DNA from: Bdellovibrionia bacterium
GTDB lineage: Bacteria > Bdellovibrionota > UBA1018
Reading direction: 5' to 3'
Assembly: GCA_045805065.1 (NCBI GenBank)
Contig: JBJMMA010000005.1
Coordinates: 1-25,931, forward strand
Length of the DNA stretch: 25,931 nucleotides
The position numbers and the translations under genes are program-made. Positions 1 to 8,492 of this stretch are shown piece by piece. Every line of letters begins with the position of its first letter. Position 1 is the first letter of the stretch. Below the pieces are notes generated by a model. That model worked only from the letters and a program-made list of their open reading frames with translations, had not been told where the DNA came from and ran no database searches.

Positions 1-2
1 CT

Positions 3-164
3 CTTCAGCGCGCCATGAGTGAGCGTATAATGGTTGAATTGGCTCCAAGACCTGCGAGCATCAGGCGAATGCAGCATCGGATGATCGCGCGTTATCACTT
101 GGAGTCTGAGAGCGTGGGGACTGAGCCATTACGGCATCTTGTGATCCATCCTCATGCGGCGTGA
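3..164 (+). CDS. 3' end (partial) of an R3H-domain protein, probably the AAA-ATPase/R3H (Ycf45/SpoIIIAA-like) family
   Basis: Manual translation from base 3: LQRAMSERIMVELAPRPASIRRMQHRMIARYHLESESVGTEPLRHLVIHPHAA*, stop TGA at 162-164. It has the RxxxH motif (RRMQH) and the S-x-G-x-E-P-x-R signature of R3H domains. Not in the ORF track. The AAA family assignment is inference because the 5' part is outside the window. Confidence 0.8.
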   Translation, partial: LQRAMSERIMVELAPRPASIRRMQHRMIARYHLESESVGTEPLRHLVIHPHAA

Positions 165-225
165 AGGATCTGTTTTCCAACTACATGGTTGTCGAACATC
201 TTAGTTCATGGTTCCATAATTCAAC

Positions 226-975
226 ATGACCATTAACGATCTGACTCACAAGATAATTGAGCTCACCATTCAGGCATCCTCTCCTGACTCCGCGCCGAGT
301 GCGATGGAGGTACTCCGCGATATACTCGATGATCAGTTTCTATACAGAAATCTCGACGGTGTACTCTATCAGAAGGACAAATTTCTACAGTCCCTAGCCG
401 ATGGAAAGTTCAGAGTCTGCGAGCGCTTCTTCCGCTCCACTTGGTCTCCCTACACTGAAGAGCTTTCGCTTATCGCATTTACCACTGAAGGCGAAATGGA
501 GTTTGAGGATGGTTTTTGGCGCGGAGTTTTCGACTCAGTCTACGTGTTTCGAAAAGCCGGCAACGCTTGGAAATGGGCAGGCGGTCAAACTTCGGCCGAT
601 TCGCGTAAAAAGCTAAAAATCAGCGAGAAACGGCAGAAACCGCCCGAGAAAAAGAGCCTTCCAGCAATCCCAAAGAAAACATTCCCAGTTAAGGTTAAAC
701 AGAGCTCGCGCGGTAATTCGATTTACGTTGGCAATTTGTCTTATATCGTCACCGAAGGAACACTCCTCGAGGTCTTCTCAAAATATGGCACGGTCGTCCT
801 CGTTAAAATAGAACGCGATGAGCAGGGTCGAATGAGGGGATTTGGCTTTGTTCAGATGCAAACCAGCGACGAAGCTGCAAAAGCAATCAAAGAACTAGAC
901 GGAGTTGAAGTCGAAGGCAGAGCCGTTGTAGTGGAATTAGACAGCCCCGAGCTTCGAAAACTTTACGACCTCTGA
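226..975 (+). CDS. Fusion of an N-terminal NTF2-like (DUF4440/SnoaL-like) domain, a Lys/Pro-rich linker and a C-terminal RRM RNA-binding domain
   Basis: RRM is clear: RNP2 IYVGNL, RNP1 RGFGFVQM, then A..AI..LDG.EVEGR. The N-terminus (ILDDQFLYRNLDG..YQKDKFL ... VYVFRKAGNAWKW) resembles the DUF4440 pattern; this part is less certain. Confidence 0.8.
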   Translation: MTINDLTHKIIELTIQASSPDSAPSAMEVLRDILDDQFLYRNLDGVLYQKDKFLQSLADGKFRVCERFFRSTWSPYTEELSLIAFTTEGEMEFEDGFWRGVFDSVYVFRKAGNAWKWAGGQTSADSRKKLKISEKRQKPPEKKSLPAIPKKTFPVKVKQSSRGNSIYVGNLSYIVTEGTLLEVFSKYGTVVLVKIERDEQGRMRGFGFVQMQTSDEAAKAIKELDGVEVEGRAVVVELDSPELRKLYDL

Positions 976-1017
976 GGCAGACTATCACGTCTTGATGTAG
1001 CTGTGATCTCAATCATG

Positions 1018-1104
1018 CTATATCGAACCCAGCGTAATGAGCTTAAGAACAGGTTTGCCCTGCTCACGAGATTTCGCGACATCGAGCTCGAACTCAACGC
1101 GCCA
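1018..1104 (-). repeat. Diverged duplicate of the last 28 codons plus stop of the helicase gene (1863-1949)
   Basis: [28 protein letters not shown] versus [28 protein letters not shown]. Manual alignment gives 70/87 nt identical, 13 synonymous codon changes and 3 amino-acid changes. Confidence 0.95.
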
Positions 1105-1172
1105 TGAGTGAGCGTGTGAGCGTGGGGACTGAACCTTTACGGCATCTTGTGATCCATCCTCATGCGGCTTGA
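1098..1172 (+). repeat. Diverged, internally deleted duplicate of the R3H gene 3' end (copies 9-29 and 111-164)
   Basis: Reads RAMSERV|SVGTEPLRHLVIHPHAA*. It is 81 bp (27 codons) shorter than the copy at 9-164. The three differences in the distal part (GAG/GAA, CCA/CCT, GCG/GCT) are all synonymous. Confidence 0.95.
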
Positions 1173-1281
1173 GTTTCGCACTGCCAAACTTTTTTGCCTC
1201 TTTTGAACTTTCATAACAAGCAGGAGTACTCGGCAATCAGCGTTAATTTATGGCCTGCGTTATGCATTTTTCAACACCTGC

Positions 1282-1854
1282 ATGACCGCCATAAGAGCCT
1301 ATGTCCTGAGATTAGCAATTCTTTCATCTTTAATGGGAAGTATTGTCGGCTGCTCAAGTATCCAAGTAGCAAGTCAAAAGGATCCTAATGCGAATCTCGC
1401 AGGCCTTCGAACTTTTGATTTTGTGCCTTCTCCGAGCGATCAATCGGTTCATTCGATTGCAAACACGCAGATTAAGAATTCGGTCACATCTAACCTGGAT
1501 AAAATCGGTGTCACACCCGCTTCACCCGCTGAGAGGCCTGACTTCCTGATTGCGTATAATACGAGCGTCTTCAATATCGTAAACGCGAATCAGAGTAGCG
1601 TGGGCGTTGGATTTGGAGTGGTGCCGGGCATAGGGATTGGTGCCTCTACACCTGTCGGCTCGGCAAGTACCGAGCAACGAGGGAACCTGACTCTCAGCTT
1701 TATCGATCCACAGAAAAACGCGGAAATCTGGCGCTCGACAGCCACTGCGAGCCTCGACGGCTCAAACAGAGATGTGGAAAAAATTCAAATAGCGGTTCAA
1801 AAAATGATCGGTGAGTTCAAGGATGCGCGAGACCACGGAAACCAGGCCTCCTAG
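1282..1854 (+). CDS. DUF4136-like lipoprotein
   Basis: Signal peptide with lipobox IVG-C. Motifs DP.ANL...RTF.F, PDFLIAY, a Gly-rich VGVGFG segment and G.LTL.FID......IWR are characteristic of DUF4136. Confidence 0.8.
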   Translation: MTAIRAYVLRLAILSSLMGSIVGCSSIQVASQKDPNANLAGLRTFDFVPSPSDQSVHSIANTQIKNSVTSNLDKIGVTPASPAERPDFLIAYNTSVFNIVNANQSSVGVGFGVVPGIGIGASTPVGSASTEQRGNLTLSFIDPQKNAEIWRSTATASLDGSNRDVEKIQIAVQKMIGEFKDARDHGNQAS

Positions 1855-1862
1855 CCTAAACT

Positions 1863-4376
1863 CTAAATTGAACTCACCGTAATCAGCTTGAGCACCGGCT
1901 TCCCCTGCTCCCGAGACTTCGCAATATCGAGTTCAAACTCAACACGCCAGTCATTGTGCTCGTCAGGATCAATGAGGACCTGCTCGACCTTCCAGACAGC
2001 GGCATTCTCTTCGCGCTCGATTCGGGTATTCTGAGGCGCGCGAGCCTTAGGATCCGTCAGGATGCGAGAGTGATCCTGATAATAAGATTCCATCTTGGAC
2101 TCAAGATCCTGCACTCCCCAATCAAAGCTGATTAGCTCCAGCGCTTCATCGTAACGACGATTAGCAAGTGCCCGCACAAAGCGGAAGACTTCATTTCGGA
2201 TCATGACCGTAAAGCCACGAACGTTTCGGGTGATATCAGCAACCAGAGCCTGATCCGCTTGAGCCGAGCCATCTCCTGCTGCGGCTTTCTCACTTGCGGG
2301 TACACCGCCTCGCATCTTCTCCCACTCATCAATAAGACTGGAGTCGACAGAACGAATCATCGTGCGGAAATAATCTTCCATGGAGCGGATCTCATCGGTC
2401 TTCATCAGCTCAGGAACGGTCTGCTCCAAGGTTTTATACACTTCCGAGAGATAACGAAGCAGAAGCCCCTCAGCCCGCTGAAGATCATACTCGCGGATAT
2501 ACTCAGGGAAAGAGACGAAAAGCTCAAACATCTCACGCGCAATGGATTTAGGGCGGATATTCTCCTGCCCCACCCAAGGATGCTTTGCCGCAAAAGCGTT
2601 GAAGGTGTCATAGACGAAATCACGAAGAGGCTTAGGATACTCCATCTTCTCCAGCTCTTCGATCCGCTCGTCGTACTCTTTACCTTCGGCCTTCATCTCG
2701 GCCATGCGCTCAGTCTTCAAACGATCGAGCTGACGACGCAAGATGAGATCCGGGTCTTCAACGATGGACTCAACCAGAGTCAAAACATCGAGCGCAAAAT
2801 CCGGACTCTCGCGATCGAGTAGCGGCAGAGTGTCGATCAGATAAAGCGAGAGCGTCTGATGCAGAGAGAAATCCTGCTGCAAATCGACATTGACCCGCAA
2901 AGGATTGAGTTCAATGATTTTTCGTTCCACCAGGGATCTGAAAAGCTGAAACGCGGTCTTTCTAAGTCTCTTTTTTGCGACTTCGCTTTCATGAGAGCGC
3001 CGGATGATCTCACGCATCGCGCGTCCGCCGTTCTCGTGAGTCCGGCTCAGCACTTGAAGAAGCATCCCGTGATTGATCTGAAAACGCGACTGAAGCGTTT
3101 CAGGCTCGCTATTGATCAAACGATCAAACGTTTCCTTGTTCCAAGGGACAAAGCCTTTTTCAGGAGGCTTGCGCTTCACAAGCTTTTTGAGCTTCTTAGG
3201 ATCACCCGCAGCTTTTTGCTCGTTTCTCAGGTTTTCAATCACATGCTCAGGAGCCTGGGCGACGACCGTTCCCAGATCATCGTATCCTTTACGGCCCGCG
3301 CGTCCTGCGATCTGCTGAAAATCCCGGACCGAGAGAATGGATGTCTTCTGGCCATCAAACTTGCATAGCTTGGTGAACAAAACGGTACGAATCGGAACAT
3401 TGACGCCAACACCTAGCGTATCCGTTCCACAAATGATTTTGAGCAATCCCTTCTGAGCAAGCTTTTCGACCAGGATGCGATAACGAGGCAGAAGCCCCGC
3501 ATGATGAATTCCCACGCCATGCTTTAAGACGCGAGAAAGTTCTTTGCCATAAGGACTGGAGAACGCGACACCCTCAAGCTCTTGAGCGATCGCTTTCTTT
3601 TCTTCCTTGGTACAAAAGTCGACACTCAAAAAGTTCTGTGCTTCTTCGGCGCATGCCGCTTGGGTGAAGTTGACTACATAGACCGGAGCTCGATCTTTTT
3701 CGATGAGCTTGGCGACAGTCTCATGAAGAGGAATTTCTTCGTAACGATACTCCAAAGGAACCGGGCGCTTTCCGGACTTCACAAGAACCGTCTCGCGGCC
3801 CGTGAGCTTTGTCAGCTCTTTCTCAAAAAACTCGGTTTCACCCAGAGTTGCTGACATGAGAAGAAACTTGGCCTGAGGCATGGTAAGCATTGGAATCTGC
3901 CAGGCAGCCCCCCGCTCGCGATCCGAGTAATAATGGAACTCATCCATGATCACGTCATCCACGGGCGTCTGCGCGCCCTCGCGAAGTGCCCAATTGGATA
4001 GAATCTCTGCCGTGCAGCACAAGATCCTGGCATCGGCGTTGACCGAGCCATCGCCTGTGATCATTCCCACCTGATCCGGTCCAAAGTCACGGCAGAGGGC
4101 CAGAAACTTCTCGTTCACCAGCGCCTTGATCGGGCAGGTATAGACCGAGCGGCGGCCCTGAGCGTAGGACTCAAAGTGAAGGGCCGTTGCGACCAGGGAT
4201 TTCCCGGAGCCCGTAGGCGTATTGAGAATGACGTTCTTGCCGGAATAAAGCTCAAGAATGGCTTCTTCCTGGGCAGGATAGAGCTCAAGTCCTGCCTCAC
4301 GGACGTGATCTAAAAAGCGATCCAGGAGTAAGTCTGAAGTTTCTGCAGGGAGGCGTTCCAGAAGCATTGAGCTCAT
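1863..4376 (-). CDS. Ski2/HelY-like superfamily 2 DEAD/DEAH-box helicase (DUF3516-type C-terminus)
   Basis: Q motif LYPAQ, Walker [47 protein letters not shown]. Confidence 0.95.
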   Translation of the reverse strand: MSSMLLERLPAETSDLLLDRFLDHVREAGLELYPAQEEAILELYSGKNVILNTPTGSGKSLVATALHFESYAQGRRSVYTCPIKALVNEKFLALCRDFGPDQVGMITGDGSVNADARILCCTAEILSNWALREGAQTPVDDVIMDEFHYYSDRERGAAWQIPMLTMPQAKFLLMSATLGETEFFEKELTKLTGRETVLVKSGKRPVPLEYRYEEIPLHETVAKLIEKDRAPVYVVNFTQAACAEEAQNFLSVDFCTKEEKKAIAQELEGVAFSSPYGKELSRVLKHGVGIHHAGLLPRYRILVEKLAQKGLLKIICGTDTLGVGVNVPIRTVLFTKLCKFDGQKTSILSVRDFQQIAGRAGRKGYDDLGTVVAQAPEHVIENLRNEQKAAGDPKKLKKLVKRKPPEKGFVPWNKETFDRLINSEPETLQSRFQINHGMLLQVLSRTHENGGRAMREIIRRSHESEVAKKRLRKTAFQLFRSLVERKIIELNPLRVNVDLQQDFSLHQTLSLYLIDTLPLLDRESPDFALDVLTLVESIVEDPDLILRRQLDRLKTERMAEMKAEGKEYDERIEELEKMEYPKPLRDFVYDTFNAFAAKHPWVGQENIRPKSIAREMFELFVSFPEYIREYDLQRAEGLLLRYLSEVYKTLEQTVPELMKTDEIRSMEDYFRTMIRSVDSSLIDEWEKMRGGVPASEKAAAGDGSAQADQALVADITRNVRGFTVMIRNEVFRFVRALANRRYDEALELISFDWGVQDLESKMESYYQDHSRILTDPKARAPQNTRIEREENAAVWKVEQVLIDPDEHNDWRVEFELDIAKSREQGKPVLKLITVSSI

Positions 4377-4449
4377 GGCTTAGAGGTATATCTTTTTCTC
4401 CCAAAAACCTCGAAAGAAATTCTATAGTGGGACTCACCCAAAAGCCGCT

Positions 4450-6648
4450 ATGAAACTGGAATCCTTCGCACAAAGAGTCCTCTACGGCTCAACGCTTGAA
4501 GATAAGCTGATGCAGCCAGATCTTACCGCTCTGCGCGAAGAACTTTTTGTTACCCAAGTCACCCTTAAGCGACCTGCGTTAATCGATCCGCCGAGATATC
4601 CAGGCAGGCCATTGATGCTCTCCCTGGAAACTCAGAAAAAGAGCCAGTTTCCCGACTTGGCCAAAATCCATGAGGCGCATGTCCGAGGTGAGATCCTTCA
4701 TTTCTTTGCCAACCATGAGCTTCTGGCCCTGGAGCTCATGGCGCTTTTGCTTTTAAAATTCCCAGAAGCTCCAGCTTCTTTTCAGCTCGGAATCGCTCGA
4801 ACGATGAGCGAAGAGCAAGGCCATCTCAAACTCTATCTCAGTCGAATGAATGATCTCGGCGTCGGTTTTGGCGATCTGCCTGTGAACGCCTACTTCTGGC
4901 ACGTCTTGCGCGAAATGCGCTCGCCGCTTGAGTTTGTCACGCAGATGAGCCTGACGTTTGAGCAGGCCAATCTCGATTTTTCGCTCTTTTACAGAGATGA
5001 GATCGCAAAAACTGGAGACGAGCTGACCACTCAAGTCCTGGATCAGGTTTACAGGGAAGAGATTGGCCACGTCAAACATGGCCTGGAATGGTTTAACCGA
5101 TGGCGTGCTGAAGATTCAAACGCACAGCCTGGCGAATCCGATTGGGAGGCTTACAAAAGACTTCTTCCTCCGCCTCTCACTCCAAGACGCGCGAAGGGCG
5201 TAATCTATGACATGAGCGCAAGAAGGCAAGCAGGCTTCTCAGAGCTTTACGTGCAGGAGCTTGAGCTCTTTTCAGGCGCCAAAGGCAGACCTCCCGTCCT
5301 CTGGCTTTATAATCCGTTTTGCGACTCAGAAATCGCACGGGGAAAACCAGGCTTCAGCCCAAAGGCCGCGCCCGAGCGCCTGGCAAAAGATCTTGAGCAC
5401 ATCCCGATGTATCTTGCATCGCCCCAGGACATTGTCCTGGTCTCAAAAAAGCCAGGCTTGGAATGGCTATCACTCGCTAAGAAAGCGGGTTTTGAAATAC
5501 CGGAATGGGGTGAACAAGATTCATCCTCTCTTCGTGAACCCAAGTTTGGAGGATTTGAGCCTTGGGGCTGGAGCCCCGAAAGTTTTGAGCATTTCAGACC
5601 GATCTCAAAGCGCCTGACTTATACGTCAGGGGGCAACGCTCCTTGGTGCAAGACTCTGTTTAATCAGGAAAGATTCAACGAGACTAAAATTGGAGAACTA
5701 TTCTCTAAATCCTGGAGCGTCACGTTTTTAACACGCTTCATGAAGAATCACCCTGAGCACGCCCGCGTTTTTCGGTGCGATGAAACATTGGGTGAAGTTT
5801 TTCATGATTGGGTTACGGCAAAAGATTGGATCCAGAACAAACTCGCGAATCAAGAGCGAGTCGTCGCCAAGACCCCTTGGAGCACTTCTGGAAACGGAGT
5901 AAAACGCGTCTTGAACGCCGCAGAACTGAGTGGCTCACTTGGGGGCTGGATCGAGAACACGATCCACTCACAAGGCTCCATCGTGCTGGAGCCCTGGCTT
6001 GATAAAGTCCACGATCTCTCCATTCAGCTTGAAATTGAACCCGAGCAGATTCGCATTCTTGAAGCCCGCAGGTTTCTCACAGGCAGGCAATTCGAATACC
6101 GTGGAACTTTCCTGGGACCTCTCCGAGACGCCTTTGATTCAGACGCACTCAGGCTTCTGCAAGAAATCTTGCCTAGCTGGAAGGTTCTAGCGCGAGAGCT
6201 TGGCATGGAGCTTCGCGATCAAGGCTACCAAGGACCCGTGGGAATCGATGCCATGATCTACAAAAGTAGCGCTGATCAACGGCTCAAGCTCAAGCCCGTC
6301 ATTGAAATCAATCCAAGATGGACGATGGGACGAGTGGCGCTTTCTTTGGAAAAACATATCCAGCCGGGCACTCCGGCATTCTGGGGATTTCTATCGTGTC
6401 GAGAAATCCAAAAGCTTGGATTTTCAGGTCCGGCTGAGCTTGTAGCAAGCTTAAGCCTAGACCATCCTCTTCAGCTATCCAACTCATCAAAAAGTACGAG
6501 AATCTCGTCAGGTATCTTTCCAACACAAGACGCAACTCAGGCCAGTGAGGTTCTGACGCTGCTTTTTGTCGGAGAATCCGCGATTCAGGAAACTCGCAAG
6601 CTTATGGCTTTTTCTGCTTCATCGGAAGCGTCACAACAAAGCGAGTAA
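4450..6648 (+). CDS. Ferritin-like (DUF455-type) di-iron domain fused to an ATP-grasp-like domain
   Basis: N-terminal ligand pattern NHELLALE / EEQGH / FEQANLD / EEIGH. C-terminal ATP-grasp elements VAKTPWSTSGNG, VLEPWL, GPVGIDAM and IEINPR. Confidence 0.8.
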   Translation: MKLESFAQRVLYGSTLEDKLMQPDLTALREELFVTQVTLKRPALIDPPRYPGRPLMLSLETQKKSQFPDLAKIHEAHVRGEILHFFANHELLALELMALLLLKFPEAPASFQLGIARTMSEEQGHLKLYLSRMNDLGVGFGDLPVNAYFWHVLREMRSPLEFVTQMSLTFEQANLDFSLFYRDEIAKTGDELTTQVLDQVYREEIGHVKHGLEWFNRWRAEDSNAQPGESDWEAYKRLLPPPLTPRRAKGVIYDMSARRQAGFSELYVQELELFSGAKGRPPVLWLYNPFCDSEIARGKPGFSPKAAPERLAKDLEHIPMYLASPQDIVLVSKKPGLEWLSLAKKAGFEIPEWGEQDSSSLREPKFGGFEPWGWSPESFEHFRPISKRLTYTSGGNAPWCKTLFNQERFNETKIGELFSKSWSVTFLTRFMKNHPEHARVFRCDETLGEVFHDWVTAKDWIQNKLANQERVVAKTPWSTSGNGVKRVLNAAELSGSLGGWIENTIHSQGSIVLEPWLDKVHDLSIQLEIEPEQIRILEARRFLTGRQFEYRGTFLGPLRDAFDSDALRLLQEILPSWKVLARELGMELRDQGYQGPVGIDAMIYKSSADQRLKLKPVIEINPRWTMGRVALSLEKHIQPGTPAFWGFLSCREIQKLGFSGPAELVASLSLDHPLQLSNSSKSTRISSGIFPTQDATQASEVLTLLFVGESAIQETRKLMAFSASSEASQQSE

Positions 6649-8476
6649 ACGGTACGGAGTCATCAATTTGAACCGTTCCTCGGTGGTCATCGATAATCGC
6701 CTTCGAAACACTGAGCCCCAGCCCTGTTCCCTGGCCCGGCTCCTTGGTCGTGAAGAAAGGCTGAAAAATCTTGTCTCGAATCTCAGGACTCACTCCCGAG
6801 CCATTATCAGAAACCGAGATCTGCACGTGATCATCGATTTCCCTGACTTCAATTTTCACCCAGCGATCTGACGACGTCTTCACGGCGTCAAAGGCGTTGC
6901 TCAAAAAGTTCAGAACGACTTGAGAGATTTGAACCGCTCGGCACTCCATGACTAAAGCAGGTGATACGTCCTCCACTTGAAAATCAATGGAGTGATGGAC
7001 AAACCTCTCGCGGCAAATCTCCACGGCATCTTCAATGATGGATTTCACCGGGGTGCGCAGAAACGGATCCTTCTCTCCGTCACGCGCGATATTTCTTAGA
7101 GCTTTGACGATCTTTGCGATTCTCTTGGAAGTCAGCTCGATCTTCTCGGCGCTATAGGCAAGCTTGGTCATATCCACGTTTCCGCGAAGGGCCATATCCT
7201 TGATCCCTTCAGCGCGCGCATGGATCACGGCCAGAGGATTATTGATCTCATGCGAGATCCCTCCCGCCATTTCGCCAAGCGCAGCGAGCTTTGCCGAACT
7301 GATGAGCTTCTGCCTTTGCTCGAGAATCATTTTTTCCTTCTCGCGCTCTTCCGTTACGTCCTGAATCATCGTGACAAAGCCCAGCACTTCGCGTTTTGGG
7401 GAGAAGTCCGGCGCAAACATCACACGGTTGATTTGGCGTTTGCCATTCTTGAAGGGGAATTCTCTCTCGACTTCAACCAGCTTTCCGGAAAATACAGCTT
7501 GATAGTCAGCTTCATAGCTTCTCGCGGTCTCCTCGCCTAAAACCTCATAGACGGTCTTTCCTACGATCTGAGCGCTTGTCATTCCGAAATCAATCTCGTA
7601 GCGACGATTGACGAACCGGTATCGCAAGTCCCGCGTCACGTACCCAATCCGGGCAGGAGCCGTATCGAGGACGAGCTTGAGAAGCTCTTCAGTCTGTCTC
7701 TTTTCAGCCTCCTGCTCCACCCACTCGGTGATATCTTGGACCGCCCCTAACATCTTTCCGAGTCCACCGTCCATACCTGGAATCCGACGCACGACCGCTC
7801 TAATTGTACGGATCGCACCATCCGTCGGCCTGATAATCCGATACACCAAAGTGTTATCGGAAGTGTTCTTCATCACGACCTCAAGCCTGGCCTTGAAACG
7901 TTCTCGATCCTCGGGGTGCACGAGCTCGGAAAGTTTCTTGAGCGAAAACGGCTCTTGATGAGGATCGCCACCATAAATGGCATAACACTCGGCATTCCAG
8001 GTGGCTTTATCCGTTGCCAAATCCCGCTCCCAGCTTCCAAGCTTGGCAAGACTCAGTGCCTGCTCCAGGCGACTCTGGCTTTCGCGCAAACTGAGCTCTA
8101 TCGCTTTCCGTTGCTGGATGTCCTGCAGAAAAGTCACGAAATAAAGTGGCTTGCCATCGGCATCCCGCAACATTCGCGTGCTGACATTTGCCCAGACATA
8201 GGTGCCATCCTTGCGGCGGCACCGTCGGTCCATTGCGGCGGTTTCCAGTTCGCCGGATATGACTCTTTTCAGGAACTTCGCCTGGAGCGCAAAATCGTCC
8301 GGATGAGTCGTATCCTTCAGGGTCAGCTGCTGCATTTCTTCAAGGGTGTATCCGTAGAACTCGCAGTAAAAGCGGTTCACCCAGAGAATCTTGCCCTCGA
8401 CAGTGACATGGCTCACGCCCGCGTTCAGTAAGTCCAAAGTCGAACGCAGGCGATCGGGCTCATTCATTGTCGACAT
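6602..8476 (-). CDS. Cytoplasmic multi-PAS sensor histidine kinase
   Basis: Three PAS/PAC repeats (THPDD, VHPED, R.RFVN..Y), H-box SHEINNPL, N-box NFLSNAFDA, DNGSG, PFFTTK and GTGLGL. No transmembrane segment seen. Confidence 0.95.
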   Translation of the reverse strand: MSTMNEPDRLRSTLDLLNAGVSHVTVEGKILWVNRFYCEFYGYTLEEMQQLTLKDTTHPDDFALQAKFLKRVISGELETAAMDRRCRRKDGTYVWANVSTRMLRDADGKPLYFVTFLQDIQQRKAIELSLRESQSRLEQALSLAKLGSWERDLATDKATWNAECYAIYGGDPHQEPFSLKKLSELVHPEDRERFKARLEVVMKNTSDNTLVYRIIRPTDGAIRTIRAVVRRIPGMDGGLGKMLGAVQDITEWVEQEAEKRQTEELLKLVLDTAPARIGYVTRDLRYRFVNRRYEIDFGMTSAQIVGKTVYEVLGEETARSYEADYQAVFSGKLVEVEREFPFKNGKRQINRVMFAPDFSPKREVLGFVTMIQDVTEEREKEKMILEQRQKLISSAKLAALGEMAGGISHEINNPLAVIHARAEGIKDMALRGNVDMTKLAYSAEKIELTSKRIAKIVKALRNIARDGEKDPFLRTPVKSIIEDAVEICRERFVHHSIDFQVEDVSPALVMECRAVQISQVVLNFLSNAFDAVKTSSDRWVKIEVREIDDHVQISVSDNGSGVSPEIRDKIFQPFFTTKEPGQGTGLGLSVSKAIIDDHRGTVQIDDSVPFTRFVVTLPMKQKKP

Positions 8477-8492
8477 GGATTAATAGATTTCC

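Noticed and set aside
1018..1236. 72-aa minus-strand ORF ending in the helicase C-terminal peptide
   Set aside because: It is a chimera of intergenic DNA, the antisense of the R3H remnant and the duplicated helicase tail, so it is best explained by the junction rather than as a gene.
165..1862. Integron cassette array or IS/prophage insertion explaining the two cargo genes
   Set aside because: No attC-like palindromes, terminal inverted repeats, integrase or transposase seen here. The boundaries are protein-coding gene ends.
1018..1949. Diversity-generating retroelement TR/VR pair (duplicated gene 3' end)
   Set aside because: Mismatches are not adenine-specific on either strand, are mostly synonymous third positions, and no reverse transcriptase is present.
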